Source of the DNA: an uncultured Eubacteriales bacterium
GTDB lineage: Bacteria; Actinomycetota; Coriobacteriia; Anaerosomatales; PHET01
Direction: 5' to 3'
Length of the DNA stretch: 64,000 nt
Assembly: GCA_964607705.1 (NCBI GenBank)
Contig: CAZSLI010000001.1
Location: 145,420 to 209,419, forward strand
Both the position numbers and the translations under genes were made by a program. The notes beneath the pieces were generated by a model that had not been told where the DNA came from, did no database searches, and was given only the letters and a program-made list of their open reading frames with translations. Shown piece after piece: positions 49,417 through 58,383 of the stretch (position 1 is the first letter of the stretch; the number at the start of each line of letters is the position of its first letter).

Positions 49417-49553
49417 TGTGGCAGGTCGCTTGCTTCCTACCTGCGGTAACGGAGAAATGACAGCGGTGCGCGGATAGGCGTTGAGCGGGTACGATAGCCG
49501 CCAACGCGCGAAGCGCATCCCAGGGGCACTCGGCGGCGCATGGCCGCCCTTCG

Positions 49554-51437
49554 GTGGAGGACTACGTGACAGATCCCACGACCGAGACTGATGACTCGGC
49601 CAAGATAGACTACGCGGCTCGACGCTATGAACGCAGGCACGCCCGCGGCCGACGCGATGGTCGCCAATGGGCGCTGTTTGCCGTCGTCGGACTAGCGGCG
49701 CTTCTGCTCGCCGCCAGCGTCATCGAGGCGGCCGGCAGCGCCGGGCGTGTTCACCGGGGCGTGACTGTCTCCGGCATCGACGTCGGAGGAATGAAGCCCG
49801 CCGAGGCCAAGAAGGTCCTGACGCGCGCTCTCGACGAACGGGCTGCGCAGCCCGTGGTCGTCACCGACGGCAAGCAGGATTGGGCGATCAAGGCGGCGAC
49901 CGTCGGCCTTGCCTACGACTTCGACTCGCTGGTCGCCGACGCGATGAAGGTCGGCCGGCGCGACGCTGTCCTTCTCTCGCTACGCGACCGCGCCGTCGCG
50001 TGGGGTCCCGGCATCGACCTTCCGGCCGAGGCCACGGCGCAGGAAGCAAAGCTCGACAAGGAGCTCGCTCGCATCGCCGGGAAGACCGATGCCAGCCCGG
50101 TGGACGCGATGGTCGTCGTCAAGGACGGCGACGTGCAGCTCGAGAAGGCAAAAGAGGGCCGACAGCTCAATCGCACCAAGCTTGCCGAGCTGGTTCTCAT
50201 CGCGTTCGCGAGCCGAACCGAACGACGGGTCGAGGCTCCGATCGAGATAGCCAAGGTGGACATCACGGACCAAGAGGCGCAGGCGGCGGCGAGCGTCGCC
50301 AAGCAGATGCTCTCCGCTCCCGCCACCATCACCTACGCCAAGAAGAAGTGGGAGTTCGACCCGGCCGCGCTAGGCGAATGGATCGCATTCCGGGCCGTTC
50401 CCGCTACACCTGCGAGCGGCACCCCGACCGGCGAGAACGTGCTCGAAGCCTACGTGTCCGAGGAGCTTGCGGCCGACCCGGTGACCAAGTCGCTTGGAAC
50501 CACCGTTGGCAGGCCAGCAAAGGATGCGCGCTTCAGGACATCGAGCGGCAGGGTCACCATCGAGCCGTCCCAAGACGGCATCGGGCCCGACGTGAACGCA
50601 CTGGCGCTCGCGCTGACCGATGAGCTCAAGGACTCGTCCGCAGATCGCGTGGTCGAGCTGCGCACCAACGTGACCACACCTAAGCTGACCACCGAGAAGG
50701 CGCGCACCATGGGCGTGCGCGAGCGGATCTCGACGTACACCACGACCTACGACCCCTCGAACAAGCCGCGGGTGAACAACATCCACCTTCTCGGCGACTC
50801 GCTGGACGGCACGCTGATCGAGCCGGGCGGGACCTTCTCGTTCAATGAAGCAGCGGGGGAGCGCACCGCCTCGAAGGGCTACCAGGAGGCCAACGCCATC
50901 GTGAACGGCAAGCTCGTGCCGCAGCTCGGCGGGGGCGTCTGCCAGGTGGGGACCACCGTCTTCAATGCAGTGTTCGAGAGCGGCTTCCCCGTGATCGAGC
51001 GGCGGAACCACTCGTTCTACATCTCGCACTACCCGACGGGGCGCGATGCGACTGTGTCATGGGGTGGCCCCGACCTGAAGTTCAAGAACGACAGCGACAA
51101 CTATGTGCTGGTCTCGGTGTCTTACACCGCAGGCTCGATAACGGTGTCACTCTACGGCACCGACCCCGGCTACGAGGTCGCCGCGAAGACGGGCGAATGG
51201 AGCGACGAGAAGCCCTACGGGATCGAGACGGTCAAGGACCCGACGATGTACGTCGGTACCAAGTACGTCGAGGACAGAGGTATCACCGGCCGGACCATCA
51301 CAGTGCAGCGCATCGTCTCGAAAGACGGTAAGGTAATGCGCACCGATGACTTCAAGTCGGTCTACAAGCCAAAGGCGCAAGTCGTCAGGGTGGGGACCAA
51401 GCCGAAGTCTTCGAGCACGACGAGCCGCACGCCCTAG
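49554..51437 (+). CDS. VanW family protein with C-terminal G5-like domain
   Basis: N-terminal TM anchor, VanW core (GGTFSFNEAAGERT...GGGVCQVGTTVFNA), G5-like tail. The start is GTG 49554 or 49566 (after GGTGGAGGA). Confidence 0.8.
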   Translation: MEDYVTDPTTETDDSAKIDYAARRYERRHARGRRDGRQWALFAVVGLAALLLAASVIEAAGSAGRVHRGVTVSGIDVGGMKPAEAKKVLTRALDERAAQPVVVTDGKQDWAIKAATVGLAYDFDSLVADAMKVGRRDAVLLSLRDRAVAWGPGIDLPAEATAQEAKLDKELARIAGKTDASPVDAMVVVKDGDVQLEKAKEGRQLNRTKLAELVLIAFASRTERRVEAPIEIAKVDITDQEAQAAASVAKQMLSAPATITYAKKKWEFDPAALGEWIAFRAVPATPASGTPTGENVLEAYVSEELAADPVTKSLGTTVGRPAKDARFRTSSGRVTIEPSQDGIGPDVNALALALTDELKDSSADRVVELRTNVTTPKLTTEKARTMGVRERISTYTTTYDPSNKPRVNNIHLLGDSLDGTLIEPGGTFSFNEAAGERTASKGYQEANAIVNGKLVPQLGGGVCQVGTTVFNAVFESGFPVIERRNHSFYISHYPTGRDATVSWGGPDLKFKNDSDNYVLVSVSYTAGSITVSLYGTDPGYEVAAKTGEWSDEKPYGIETVKDPTMYVGTKYVEDRGITGRTITVQRIVSKDGKVMRTDDFKSVYKPKAQVVRVGTKPKSSSTTSRTP

Positions 51438-51481
51438 CGCTCGGAGCGAGCCGGGCGGGCGGCGTTGCGAAAGGGGACGCC

Positions 51482-52792
51482 GTGTACCAGCCCGAACTCG
51501 AAGCGATGCCGCGCGAGCAGCTCGAGGCGCTGCAGCTTGAGCGGTTGCAGAACCTGCTCACGCGCGTCTACGAGAACGTGGACCTTTACCGGGACAAGTT
51601 CGACCGGGTCGGTTTCGACCCTCGGTCAGTCAACGCGCTCGAGGACATCGCCGATGTCCCCTTCACGGTGAAAGACGACCTCAGAGCGGCGTACCCCTAC
51701 AAGATGTTCGCCGTGCCCATGCGCGACATCGTGCGAGTTCACTCGTCATCAGGTACGACCGGCCAGATCACCGTCGTCGGCTACACCCAGGGCGACATAG
51801 ACCGATGGGCCGACCTCATGGCCCGCACCTACGCAGCCGGCGGCGCGACCGCCGACGACATCGTGCAGGTGACCTACGGCTACGGGTTGTTCACCGGGGG
51901 CCTCGGCGCCCACTACGGGTCTGAGCGTCTCGGCGCGCTCACCATTCCGGTCTCCGGCGGGAACACGAAGCGCCAGGTGCAGATCCTGAAGGACTTCGGC
52001 GTCACCGTGCTCGCGTGCACTCCCAGCTACGCGCTGCTGATCGCGGAGACCGCCAGGGAGATGGGGATCGACCCGCTCGAGCTGCCATTGAAGCGTGGCT
52101 ACTTCGGTGCCGAGCCTTGGAGCGAACAGATGCGCCTCCAGCTCGAGCACGAGCTCGGCATCAAGGCGATGGACATCTACGGCCTCTCGGAAGTCATGGG
52201 TCCGGGCGTCGGGTGCGAGTGCGAGAACCAGGACGGGCTCCACATCTTCGAGGACCACTTCCTCGTCGAGATCATCGACCCTGACACGTTGCGGCCCGTG
52301 CCGGACGGCGAGATGGGGGAGGTCGTCTTCACTACCTTGACCAAAGAGGGCATTCCCGTGGTCCGGTACCGCACGCGGGACATCTCCCGCATCATCCCCG
52401 AGACATGTTCGTGCGGGCGCACCTTCCGCCGCATGGAACGCATCACCGGGCGAAGCGACGACATGCTGATCATCCGCGGTGTGAACGTCTACCCGAGCCA
52501 GATAGAGCAGGTGCTCCTCGGCATCCCGAACGTGGCGCCGCACTACCAGGTGGTGCTCACCAAGCGCGGCTCCATGGACTTCGTCGAGGTGCACGTGGAA
52601 GTCGCGCCGGAGTTCGCCTTCGACGAGGTGCGCGAGTTGGAGGCGCTCCAGCGCCGTGTGAAGCATGAGATCGAGTCGGTGCTCGCCGTGTCCATAGCCG
52701 TCAAACTGGTCGAGCCGAAGTCCATCACACGCAGTGAAGGTAAGGCGAAGCGTGTCGTCGACCTTCGCGCTGAAGGGGAGGCCACGTCATGA
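51482..52792 (+). CDS. Phenylacetate-CoA ligase family (PaaK-like) adenylating enzyme
   Basis: LQLERLQNLL..., SSSGTTGQITVV AMP-binding P-loop, 436 aa. Confidence 0.85.
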   Translation: MYQPELEAMPREQLEALQLERLQNLLTRVYENVDLYRDKFDRVGFDPRSVNALEDIADVPFTVKDDLRAAYPYKMFAVPMRDIVRVHSSSGTTGQITVVGYTQGDIDRWADLMARTYAAGGATADDIVQVTYGYGLFTGGLGAHYGSERLGALTIPVSGGNTKRQVQILKDFGVTVLACTPSYALLIAETAREMGIDPLELPLKRGYFGAEPWSEQMRLQLEHELGIKAMDIYGLSEVMGPGVGCECENQDGLHIFEDHFLVEIIDPDTLRPVPDGEMGEVVFTTLTKEGIPVVRYRTRDISRIIPETCSCGRTFRRMERITGRSDDMLIIRGVNVYPSQIEQVLLGIPNVAPHYQVVLTKRGSMDFVEVHVEVAPEFAFDEVRELEALQRRVKHEIESVLAVSIAVKLVEPKSITRSEGKAKRVVDLRAEGEATS

Positions 52793-53217
52793 TCGAGCAG
52801 CTGAGCGTCTTTCTGGAGAACAAGTCGGGACGGCTCGCCGAGCTGTCTCGCGTGTTGGGCGACGCAGGGATCAACATGCACGCGCTCATGGTCGCGGACA
52901 CATCCGAGTTCGGGGTGATCCGCATCATCTGCGACACCCCTCAGCGCGCGAAGGCGCTTCTCGGCGAGCATGGGTTCTCGGCGAGCCTGACCCACGTCAC
53001 GGCGGTCGAGATACCGGACAGCCCCGGGGGGCTTGCCGACGTGCTCGAGGCGTTGGGGAGGGCCGGGATGAACGTCGAGTATGCCTACTGCTTCGTCGAG
53101 CCTTCGGGAGCCGCAGCGGTGGACGTGTTCAAGGTCGATGACCCGGCGTCCGAGGAAGCGCTCATCGCTGCAGGCTTCAAGGTACTCGGCGCCCCGGAGC
53201 TGTACGCCGAGGACTGA
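52789..53217 (+). CDS. ACT domain protein
   Basis: MIEQLSVFLENKSGRLAELSRVLGDAGINM, tandem ACT repeats. ATGA overlap with the paaK-like stop. Confidence 0.75.
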   Translation: MIEQLSVFLENKSGRLAELSRVLGDAGINMHALMVADTSEFGVIRIICDTPQRAKALLGEHGFSASLTHVTAVEIPDSPGGLADVLEALGRAGMNVEYAYCFVEPSGAAAVDVFKVDDPASEEALIAAGFKVLGAPELYAED

Positions 53218-54023
53218 GCCGGCCCGTCTTCGGGCTCCTCGGCAATGGGTGCAAGGGAATCCACGAGGGTCGAGAACGACGCCACGTCCTCCGGAAGCGC
53301 GTAACACGTCAGGCGCACGGCTTCGTCGCTCGAGCCGAGCGCACGGCGCACGCCCTTGCCGAGGCGCTGGGTGACCACGAGTGCGCCTTCCTTCGGGGTG
53401 TGCGGCAGCAGTACCACGAAGCGCCCGTCCTCGAGTCGGCCGACCTCGTCGACCATCCGCAGATCGGCCCGGATGTGCTCCGCGACCCCGCGCACGACGG
53501 TGCGCTGCCGGGCCGGCTTGAGGTCGGCGAGAACCGGGGCGCTGACCTCTACGATCACGACCGAGACGGCCTCACCGTACCGGTTGTAGCGAGCGCGGGC
53601 CTGGTCGAGCTCCTTGTAGAGATAGCGCTGGTTGAACACGCGGCTCCAGTCGTCCAGCGCGCTCTGCCCTTCGAGCTTGGCCATCGAATAGCGCATGCGC
53701 GTGAAGATCTCGCCGCCCACGACGCCGACGAGGCCGAATGCGACGAGCCTCGACATGAGCATCACGAGCCCCGTCGTCTCGAGATCGCCGCTCGAGATGA
53801 CCGGGATGCGCATCACGACGTAGAGCGCTGACGCAGTGATCGCAGCGATCGTTCCTCCTCGGCGACCGTAGCGGACCGCACAGAAGAGGACGCCGAAGAG
53901 AAGCAGCTGAGCGATGAGTTCGACACGATCGGGCATGCCGCTCGGGATGGCGAGTGCCAGTCCGCCGATGATGGTGGCGCCACCGATGACCAGGACCATC
54001 TGCTCGAACCGCTCGTAACGCAT
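53085..54023 (-). CDS. Membrane protein with degenerate GGDEF domain (EDGRF in place of GGDEF, RxxD retained)
   Basis: Four TM helices, then a GGDEF-like fold (FNQRYLYKELD...RMVDEVGRLEDGRFVVLLPHT) that lacks the DxD and GGDEF catalytic residues. Confidence 0.65.
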   Translation of the reverse strand: MRYERFEQMVLVIGGATIIGGLALAIPSGMPDRVELIAQLLLFGVLFCAVRYGRRGGTIAAITASALYVVMRIPVISSGDLETTGLVMLMSRLVAFGLVGVVGGEIFTRMRYSMAKLEGQSALDDWSRVFNQRYLYKELDQARARYNRYGEAVSVVIVEVSAPVLADLKPARQRTVVRGVAEHIRADLRMVDEVGRLEDGRFVVLLPHTPKEGALVVTQRLGKGVRRALGSSDEAVRLTCYALPEDVASFSTLVDSLAPIAEEPEDGPAQSSAYSSGAPSTLKPAAMSASSDAGSSTLNTSTAAAPEGSTKQ

Positions 54024-54183
54024 CGTGCCTCCGAAATCTCGTTGTCAGGTATCGGGTGGGCGACGAGCGTACGCTCGGTGCTCCCGGCGGTGTACCATGC
54101 GCTTCGGCTCCACTACCGCGACCCCTCGGCGGCCCATGACCGAACGCTATCAGCATAACGCTCCAGCGACTCCACGCGCGCGC

Positions 54184-55491
54184 ATGACGCGCCGTCGATG
54201 CGCGCCGTCCGGTAGGGGTATCGGCATCTCCTCGCGGCCGAATGAGCGCCTCTTCGGCGTCTGGACACGGGCTTTCGTGGCGCTCGCGGTCGGTCTCGCG
54301 ATGCTGCCCTCGCTCGCTTTCGCCGGACCCGAGCCAACCGACCGCCTCGATGGGCGCACCCCGAAGAAGCTCGGGGTCCCGGTCGCCGCACTTCCGGACG
54401 TGTCGATGAAGGCCGGTGCCCTCGTCGCAGGCGACGGGCGTGTGCTGTGGGCGCGCCGCCCCGACGACCGGCGGGCGATGGCGAGCATCACCAAGATCAT
54501 GACGGCGGTAGTCGCCATGGAAAACAGCGATCTCAACGAGGAGGTCACCGTCCCCTCGGACTCGCGCAGCATCGGCGAATCAACCTCGTACCTCCGGGCC
54601 GGCGAGAAGTTGCCCATGTCCGAGCTACTCGAGGCGCTTCTGGTGAAGTCGGGTAACGACGCCGCCATCGCCATCGCCGAGCACGTTTCCGGCGACGAGG
54701 ACCGCTTCGTAGCGCTCATGAACGCGAAGGCCGGCGAGTTGGGGCTGTCGCACACGCGGTTCGCGAACCCCCACGGACTTGACGCACCGGGACACTATTC
54801 GAGCGCGAGCGATCTCTCGGTCCTGGCCCGCTATGCCATGAGCAAGCCGGAGTTCCGGCGCATCGTGGGAGAGCGATACGCGATGATCGACCACGCCAGC
54901 GGCGCCCGGCGGGTGGAGAACACGAACCTGTTGCTCGGCAACTACGATGGGGCCATCGGTATCAAGACCGGCTGGACCAGCGACGCCGGTTACTCGGTGC
55001 TCGGAGCGGCCGACCGCATGGGCGTGCCGCTCTACGCGGTCATCCTGGGCACGGCCACCGAGAACCAGCGGTTCAAGGATGCCCGCGAACTGCTTGACTG
55101 GGGATTCGCCCACTACCGCCCGCAGAAGCTCGCTACCGTGGGCACGGTGGTGGGGGAGGCCGTGGTGACCGACTATCTGGACCGGACCGTCTCCGCCGCG
55201 GTATCGAGAGACAGCAGCGTGACCGTCTTCGACCTGGCCGGACCGATCAAGCGTTCGGTGGTGGTCTCGGCCGTGAAGGCACCGGTCAAGAAGGGGCAGA
55301 GGGTGGGAGTCGCCCGGTTCACGCAGGGAGACCAGGTTGTCGACACTGTGCCACTCGTCGCGACCGAGGACGTGAGCAAACCGAACGTGTTCTCGCGGGC
55401 CGGCATCGCAATCGTGCGCGCCTGGCGGCGACTCACCATCGGCGCAGACGCTCCCATGACCGCTGCTGGTTCACCTGCGGTATCGTACTGA
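54184..55491 (+). CDS. D-alanyl-D-alanine carboxypeptidase (S11), second copy
   Basis: ASITK (SxxK), SGNDAA (SxN), IKTGWT (KTG) and a signal-anchor. The start is ATG 54184 (alternative 54136). Confidence 0.8.
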   Translation: MTRRRCAPSGRGIGISSRPNERLFGVWTRAFVALAVGLAMLPSLAFAGPEPTDRLDGRTPKKLGVPVAALPDVSMKAGALVAGDGRVLWARRPDDRRAMASITKIMTAVVAMENSDLNEEVTVPSDSRSIGESTSYLRAGEKLPMSELLEALLVKSGNDAAIAIAEHVSGDEDRFVALMNAKAGELGLSHTRFANPHGLDAPGHYSSASDLSVLARYAMSKPEFRRIVGERYAMIDHASGARRVENTNLLLGNYDGAIGIKTGWTSDAGYSVLGAADRMGVPLYAVILGTATENQRFKDARELLDWGFAHYRPQKLATVGTVVGEAVVTDYLDRTVSAAVSRDSSVTVFDLAGPIKRSVVVSAVKAPVKKGQRVGVARFTQGDQVVDTVPLVATEDVSKPNVFSRAGIAIVRAWRRLTIGADAPMTAAGSPAVSY

Positions 55492-55523
55492 TCGTCCTAC
55501 CGACACACTAAGGAGTCGCACTG

Positions 55524-56624
55524 ATGAGTGAGGAACTGCACCGCACACCGCTCTACGAAGAGCACCTGGCACTCGGTGCACGTATGGTCCCGTTCGCGGG
55601 ATGGGAGATGCCTGTTCAGTACGCCGGCATCATCGAGGAGCACCGTGCGGTCCGTTCCTCGGCAGGCATCTTCGATGTCTGCCACATGGCGGAGTTCCGC
55701 GTCTTCGGCTTCGGTGCGTTCGACTTCCTGCAGCAGATGTTCACGAACGACCTTCACCGGATCGCGGAGCTTGGCTCGGCGCAGTACACGCTCATGCTCG
55801 ACGACCAGGGCGGCATCATCGACGACCTGATCGTCTATCACTCGGGGGACCTCGAATACCTGATCATCGCCAACGCGGGTAACCGGGAGAACGACTACCA
55901 GTGGCTGCGCGAGCATGCGCCGACCGACATCGAGCTGGTCGACGAGTCCGACCGCACCGGCCTCGTAGCGCTCCAGGGTCCCAAGGCGATCGAGATCCTG
56001 CAGGAGCTGGCCGGGGACAGCTTCGAGCTGCCGGAGCGCTTCCACCTCGCGGAGGCGCTGCTCGACGAAGCCGTGCCCTGCCTGGTCGCCCGCACCGGCT
56101 ACACGGGCGAGGACGGCGTCGAGATCATCTGCCGCGCATCCGAGACGCCTGCGGTCTGGCGCCTGCTGCTCTCGTTCCCGGAGGTCACTCCGGCAGGCCT
56201 CGGCGCTCGGGACACGCTGCGTCTTGAGATGGGCTACCACCTGTACGGCAATGACATGGATCGCTCGATCGATCCCATCAGCGCGGGGCTCGGCTGGGTC
56301 TGTCCCAAGGCCAAGACCGGGTACATCGGCGCCGAGGAGGTCGCGCGCGTTCGCGAACTCGGTCCCGCGCGTAAGCTCGTGCACCTGCGGGTCGAGGGCG
56401 GCATCCCGCGTCCTGGCTTCCCCGTGTTGCACGAGGGGATTGAGGTGGGTAAGGTAGCGAGCGGCACCTTCTCGCCCACGCTGGAGGCGGGCATCGCCAC
56501 CGCGTACGTTCCTGCCGAGCTGTCGGCTCCGGGAACCACGCTCACGGTGGCGATCCGCAAGAAGACCGCACCGGCAACCATCGTGAAGCCGCCGTTCGTC
56601 ACGTCGACATCGCTCGTGGGCTGA
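55524..56624 (+). CDS. gcvT: Glycine cleavage system aminomethyltransferase (T protein)
   Basis: PLYEEHLALGARMVPFAGWEMPVQY. AAGGAG RBS. Confidence 0.95.
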   Translation: MSEELHRTPLYEEHLALGARMVPFAGWEMPVQYAGIIEEHRAVRSSAGIFDVCHMAEFRVFGFGAFDFLQQMFTNDLHRIAELGSAQYTLMLDDQGGIIDDLIVYHSGDLEYLIIANAGNRENDYQWLREHAPTDIELVDESDRTGLVALQGPKAIEILQELAGDSFELPERFHLAEALLDEAVPCLVARTGYTGEDGVEIICRASETPAVWRLLLSFPEVTPAGLGARDTLRLEMGYHLYGNDMDRSIDPISAGLGWVCPKAKTGYIGAEEVARVRELGPARKLVHLRVEGGIPRPGFPVLHEGIEVGKVASGTFSPTLEAGIATAYVPAELSAPGTTLTVAIRKKTAPATIVKPPFVTSTSLVG

Positions 56625-56658
56625 AGGCCCACGACACTCGGAGGGAGCGATCAGCAAG

Positions 56659-57042
56659 ATGGGACATCCGAACGACCGCAAGTACTCGAACGAGCATGAG
56701 TGGGTCATCGTCGACGGTGACGTCGCGACTATCGGCATCTCGAGCTTCGCGCAGGACCAGCTCGGCGAGGTCGTCTATGTCGACCTGCCCAGCGAGGGCG
56801 ACGCCCTCGCGTCCGGCGAGACCTTTGGCGAGATCGAGTCGGTCAAGTCGGTGTCGGAGCTCTACGCCCCGGTCAGCGGCGAGGTCATCGCAGTCAACGA
56901 CTCGCTCGACGACGCGCCCGAGACGGTCAACTCCGACCCGCACGGCGACGGCTGGATGATCAAGGTGAAGCTTGAGGACGCCGGACAGGTCGACGGTCTC
57001 ATGACCGCCGAGGAGTACGACGCTTTCGTGACCGAGGGCTAG
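56659..57042 (+). CDS. gcvH: Glycine cleavage system H protein
   Basis: Lipoyl-lysine motif EIESVKSVSELYAPVSGEV. Confidence 0.95.
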   Translation: MGHPNDRKYSNEHEWVIVDGDVATIGISSFAQDQLGEVVYVDLPSEGDALASGETFGEIESVKSVSELYAPVSGEVIAVNDSLDDAPETVNSDPHGDGWMIKVKLEDAGQVDGLMTAEEYDAFVTEG

Positions 57043-57048
57043 CCCCTG

Positions 57049-58383
57049 ATGCGCTATATACCGATCACGTGCGAGCAGCGCGAAGCAATGCTTCGCGCTG
57101 TTGGCGTTGAGAGCACTGACGAACTGTTCGCCGATGTGCCCGAAGAGGGTCGCCTCGGACGGGCTCTGAACCTGCCGGACGGTCTCGGCGAGATCGCTCT
57201 GGCCTCCCACCTTCGCGAGCTGGCCGATGCAAACGACCCGGCCACCGGACTTGTGAGCTTCGCCGGCGCGGGCTGCTACGACCACTACATTCCGAGCGTC
57301 GTGGACCACGTGGTGAGCAAGCCGGAGTTCTTCACCGCCTACACGCCCTACCAGCCCGAAGTGTCGCAGGGTACGCTGCAGGCCATCTTCGAGTACCAGT
57401 CGATGATCTGTGCCCTCACGGGCATGGACGTCGCCAACGCCTCGATGTACGACGGCGCCACCGCCTTCGTCGAAGCTGCGCTCATGGCCTGCCGCGTCAC
57501 GAAGCGCCACCGGGTCGTGGTGGCGGGCAGCGTGCACCCCGAGTGGTTCGAGGTGCTGATCACGTACGCCGAGTCAGGCAACTTCGAGGTCGACGTACTC
57601 GACTTCGAGGGAGGACGCCTTGATCCAGCGGATGTTGCGGAGCTGCTGGGCCACGACGCTGCGGCACTTCTGGTGGCCAGTCCCAACTTCATCGGCGTGC
57701 TCGAGGACCTCGGTGGTCTTGCGGAAGCCGCTCATGCCGCCGGCTCGCTGCTGGTCGTGGCGACCAACCCGATCCTCCTCGGCGTCATGGAGCCACCGAG
57801 CTCCTTCGGCGCCGACATCGTGGTCGGGGAGGGCCAGCCGCTTGGCAACGCCATGAGCTTCGGCGGACCGGGCCTCGGCTTCTTCGCGTGCCGGCAGGCA
57901 CACGTACGCCAGATGCCTGGGCGGCTTGTCGGTCGCACCGTGGACGTCGACGGCAATGATGCGTTCGTGCTGACATTGTCGACGCGCGAGCAGCACATCC
58001 GCCGGGAGAAGGCCACGAGCAACATCTGCAGCAACCACGCGCTGAACGCGCTGGCCGCGGGGGTCTACCTCTCGGCGGTCGGACGCGAAGGGCTCGCCGG
58101 CATCGCCCGCACGTGCGTCGCTCGCGCTCGCTACCTGCGCGAGCGGCTCATCGAGACCGGCAAGTTCAGTGCCCCGTGGGATGAGCCGTTCGGGTACGAG
58201 TTCGCGCTCGCCTACGACGGCGATGCCGACGACCTGCACCACAAGCTGCTCCACAAGGGCTATCTCGCCGGCGTGGTGCTTGACGCCACGGATGAGGGAC
58301 CCGATCTCATGCTCTTCGCTGTGACCGAGAAGCGCACGCGCGCCCAGATCGACGCGTTCGTCGAGGAGGTGGCGTCGCTGTGA
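57049..58383 (+). CDS. gcvPA: Glycine dehydrogenase (decarboxylating) subunit 1
   Basis: Split P protein N-terminal subunit (TAYTPYQPEVSQGTLQ). Confidence 0.95.
   Translation: MRYIPITCEQREAMLRAVGVESTDELFADVPEEGRLGRALNLPDGLGEIALASHLRELADANDPATGLVSFAGAGCYDHYIPSVVDHVVSKPEFFTAYTPYQPEVSQGTLQAIFEYQSMICALTGMDVANASMYDGATAFVEAALMACRVTKRHRVVVAGSVHPEWFEVLITYAESGNFEVDVLDFEGGRLDPADVAELLGHDAAALLVASPNFIGVLEDLGGLAEAAHAAGSLLVVATNPILLGVMEPPSSFGADIVVGEGQPLGNAMSFGGPGLGFFACRQAHVRQMPGRLVGRTVDVDGNDAFVLTLSTREQHIRREKATSNICSNHALNALAAGVYLSAVGREGLAGIARTCVARARYLRERLIETGKFSAPWDEPFGYEFALAYDGDADDLHHKLLHKGYLAGVVLDATDEGPDLMLFAVTEKRTRAQIDAFVEEVASL

Noticed and set aside
49417-49553. 137-nt region upstream of the VanW gene with hairpins GCAGGT-N12-ACCTGC and GGCGGC-GCATG-GCCGCC
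   Set aside because: The stems are short and GC-rich, as expected by chance at this composition. There is no U-tract and no recognisable RNA family motif.
55381-55523. Looked for a glycine riboswitch upstream of gcvT
   Set aside because: Only 32 nt are non-coding, and I could not see the conserved GGAGAG...CACCG-type cores in the preceding 150 nt. This needs cmsearch to be definitive.
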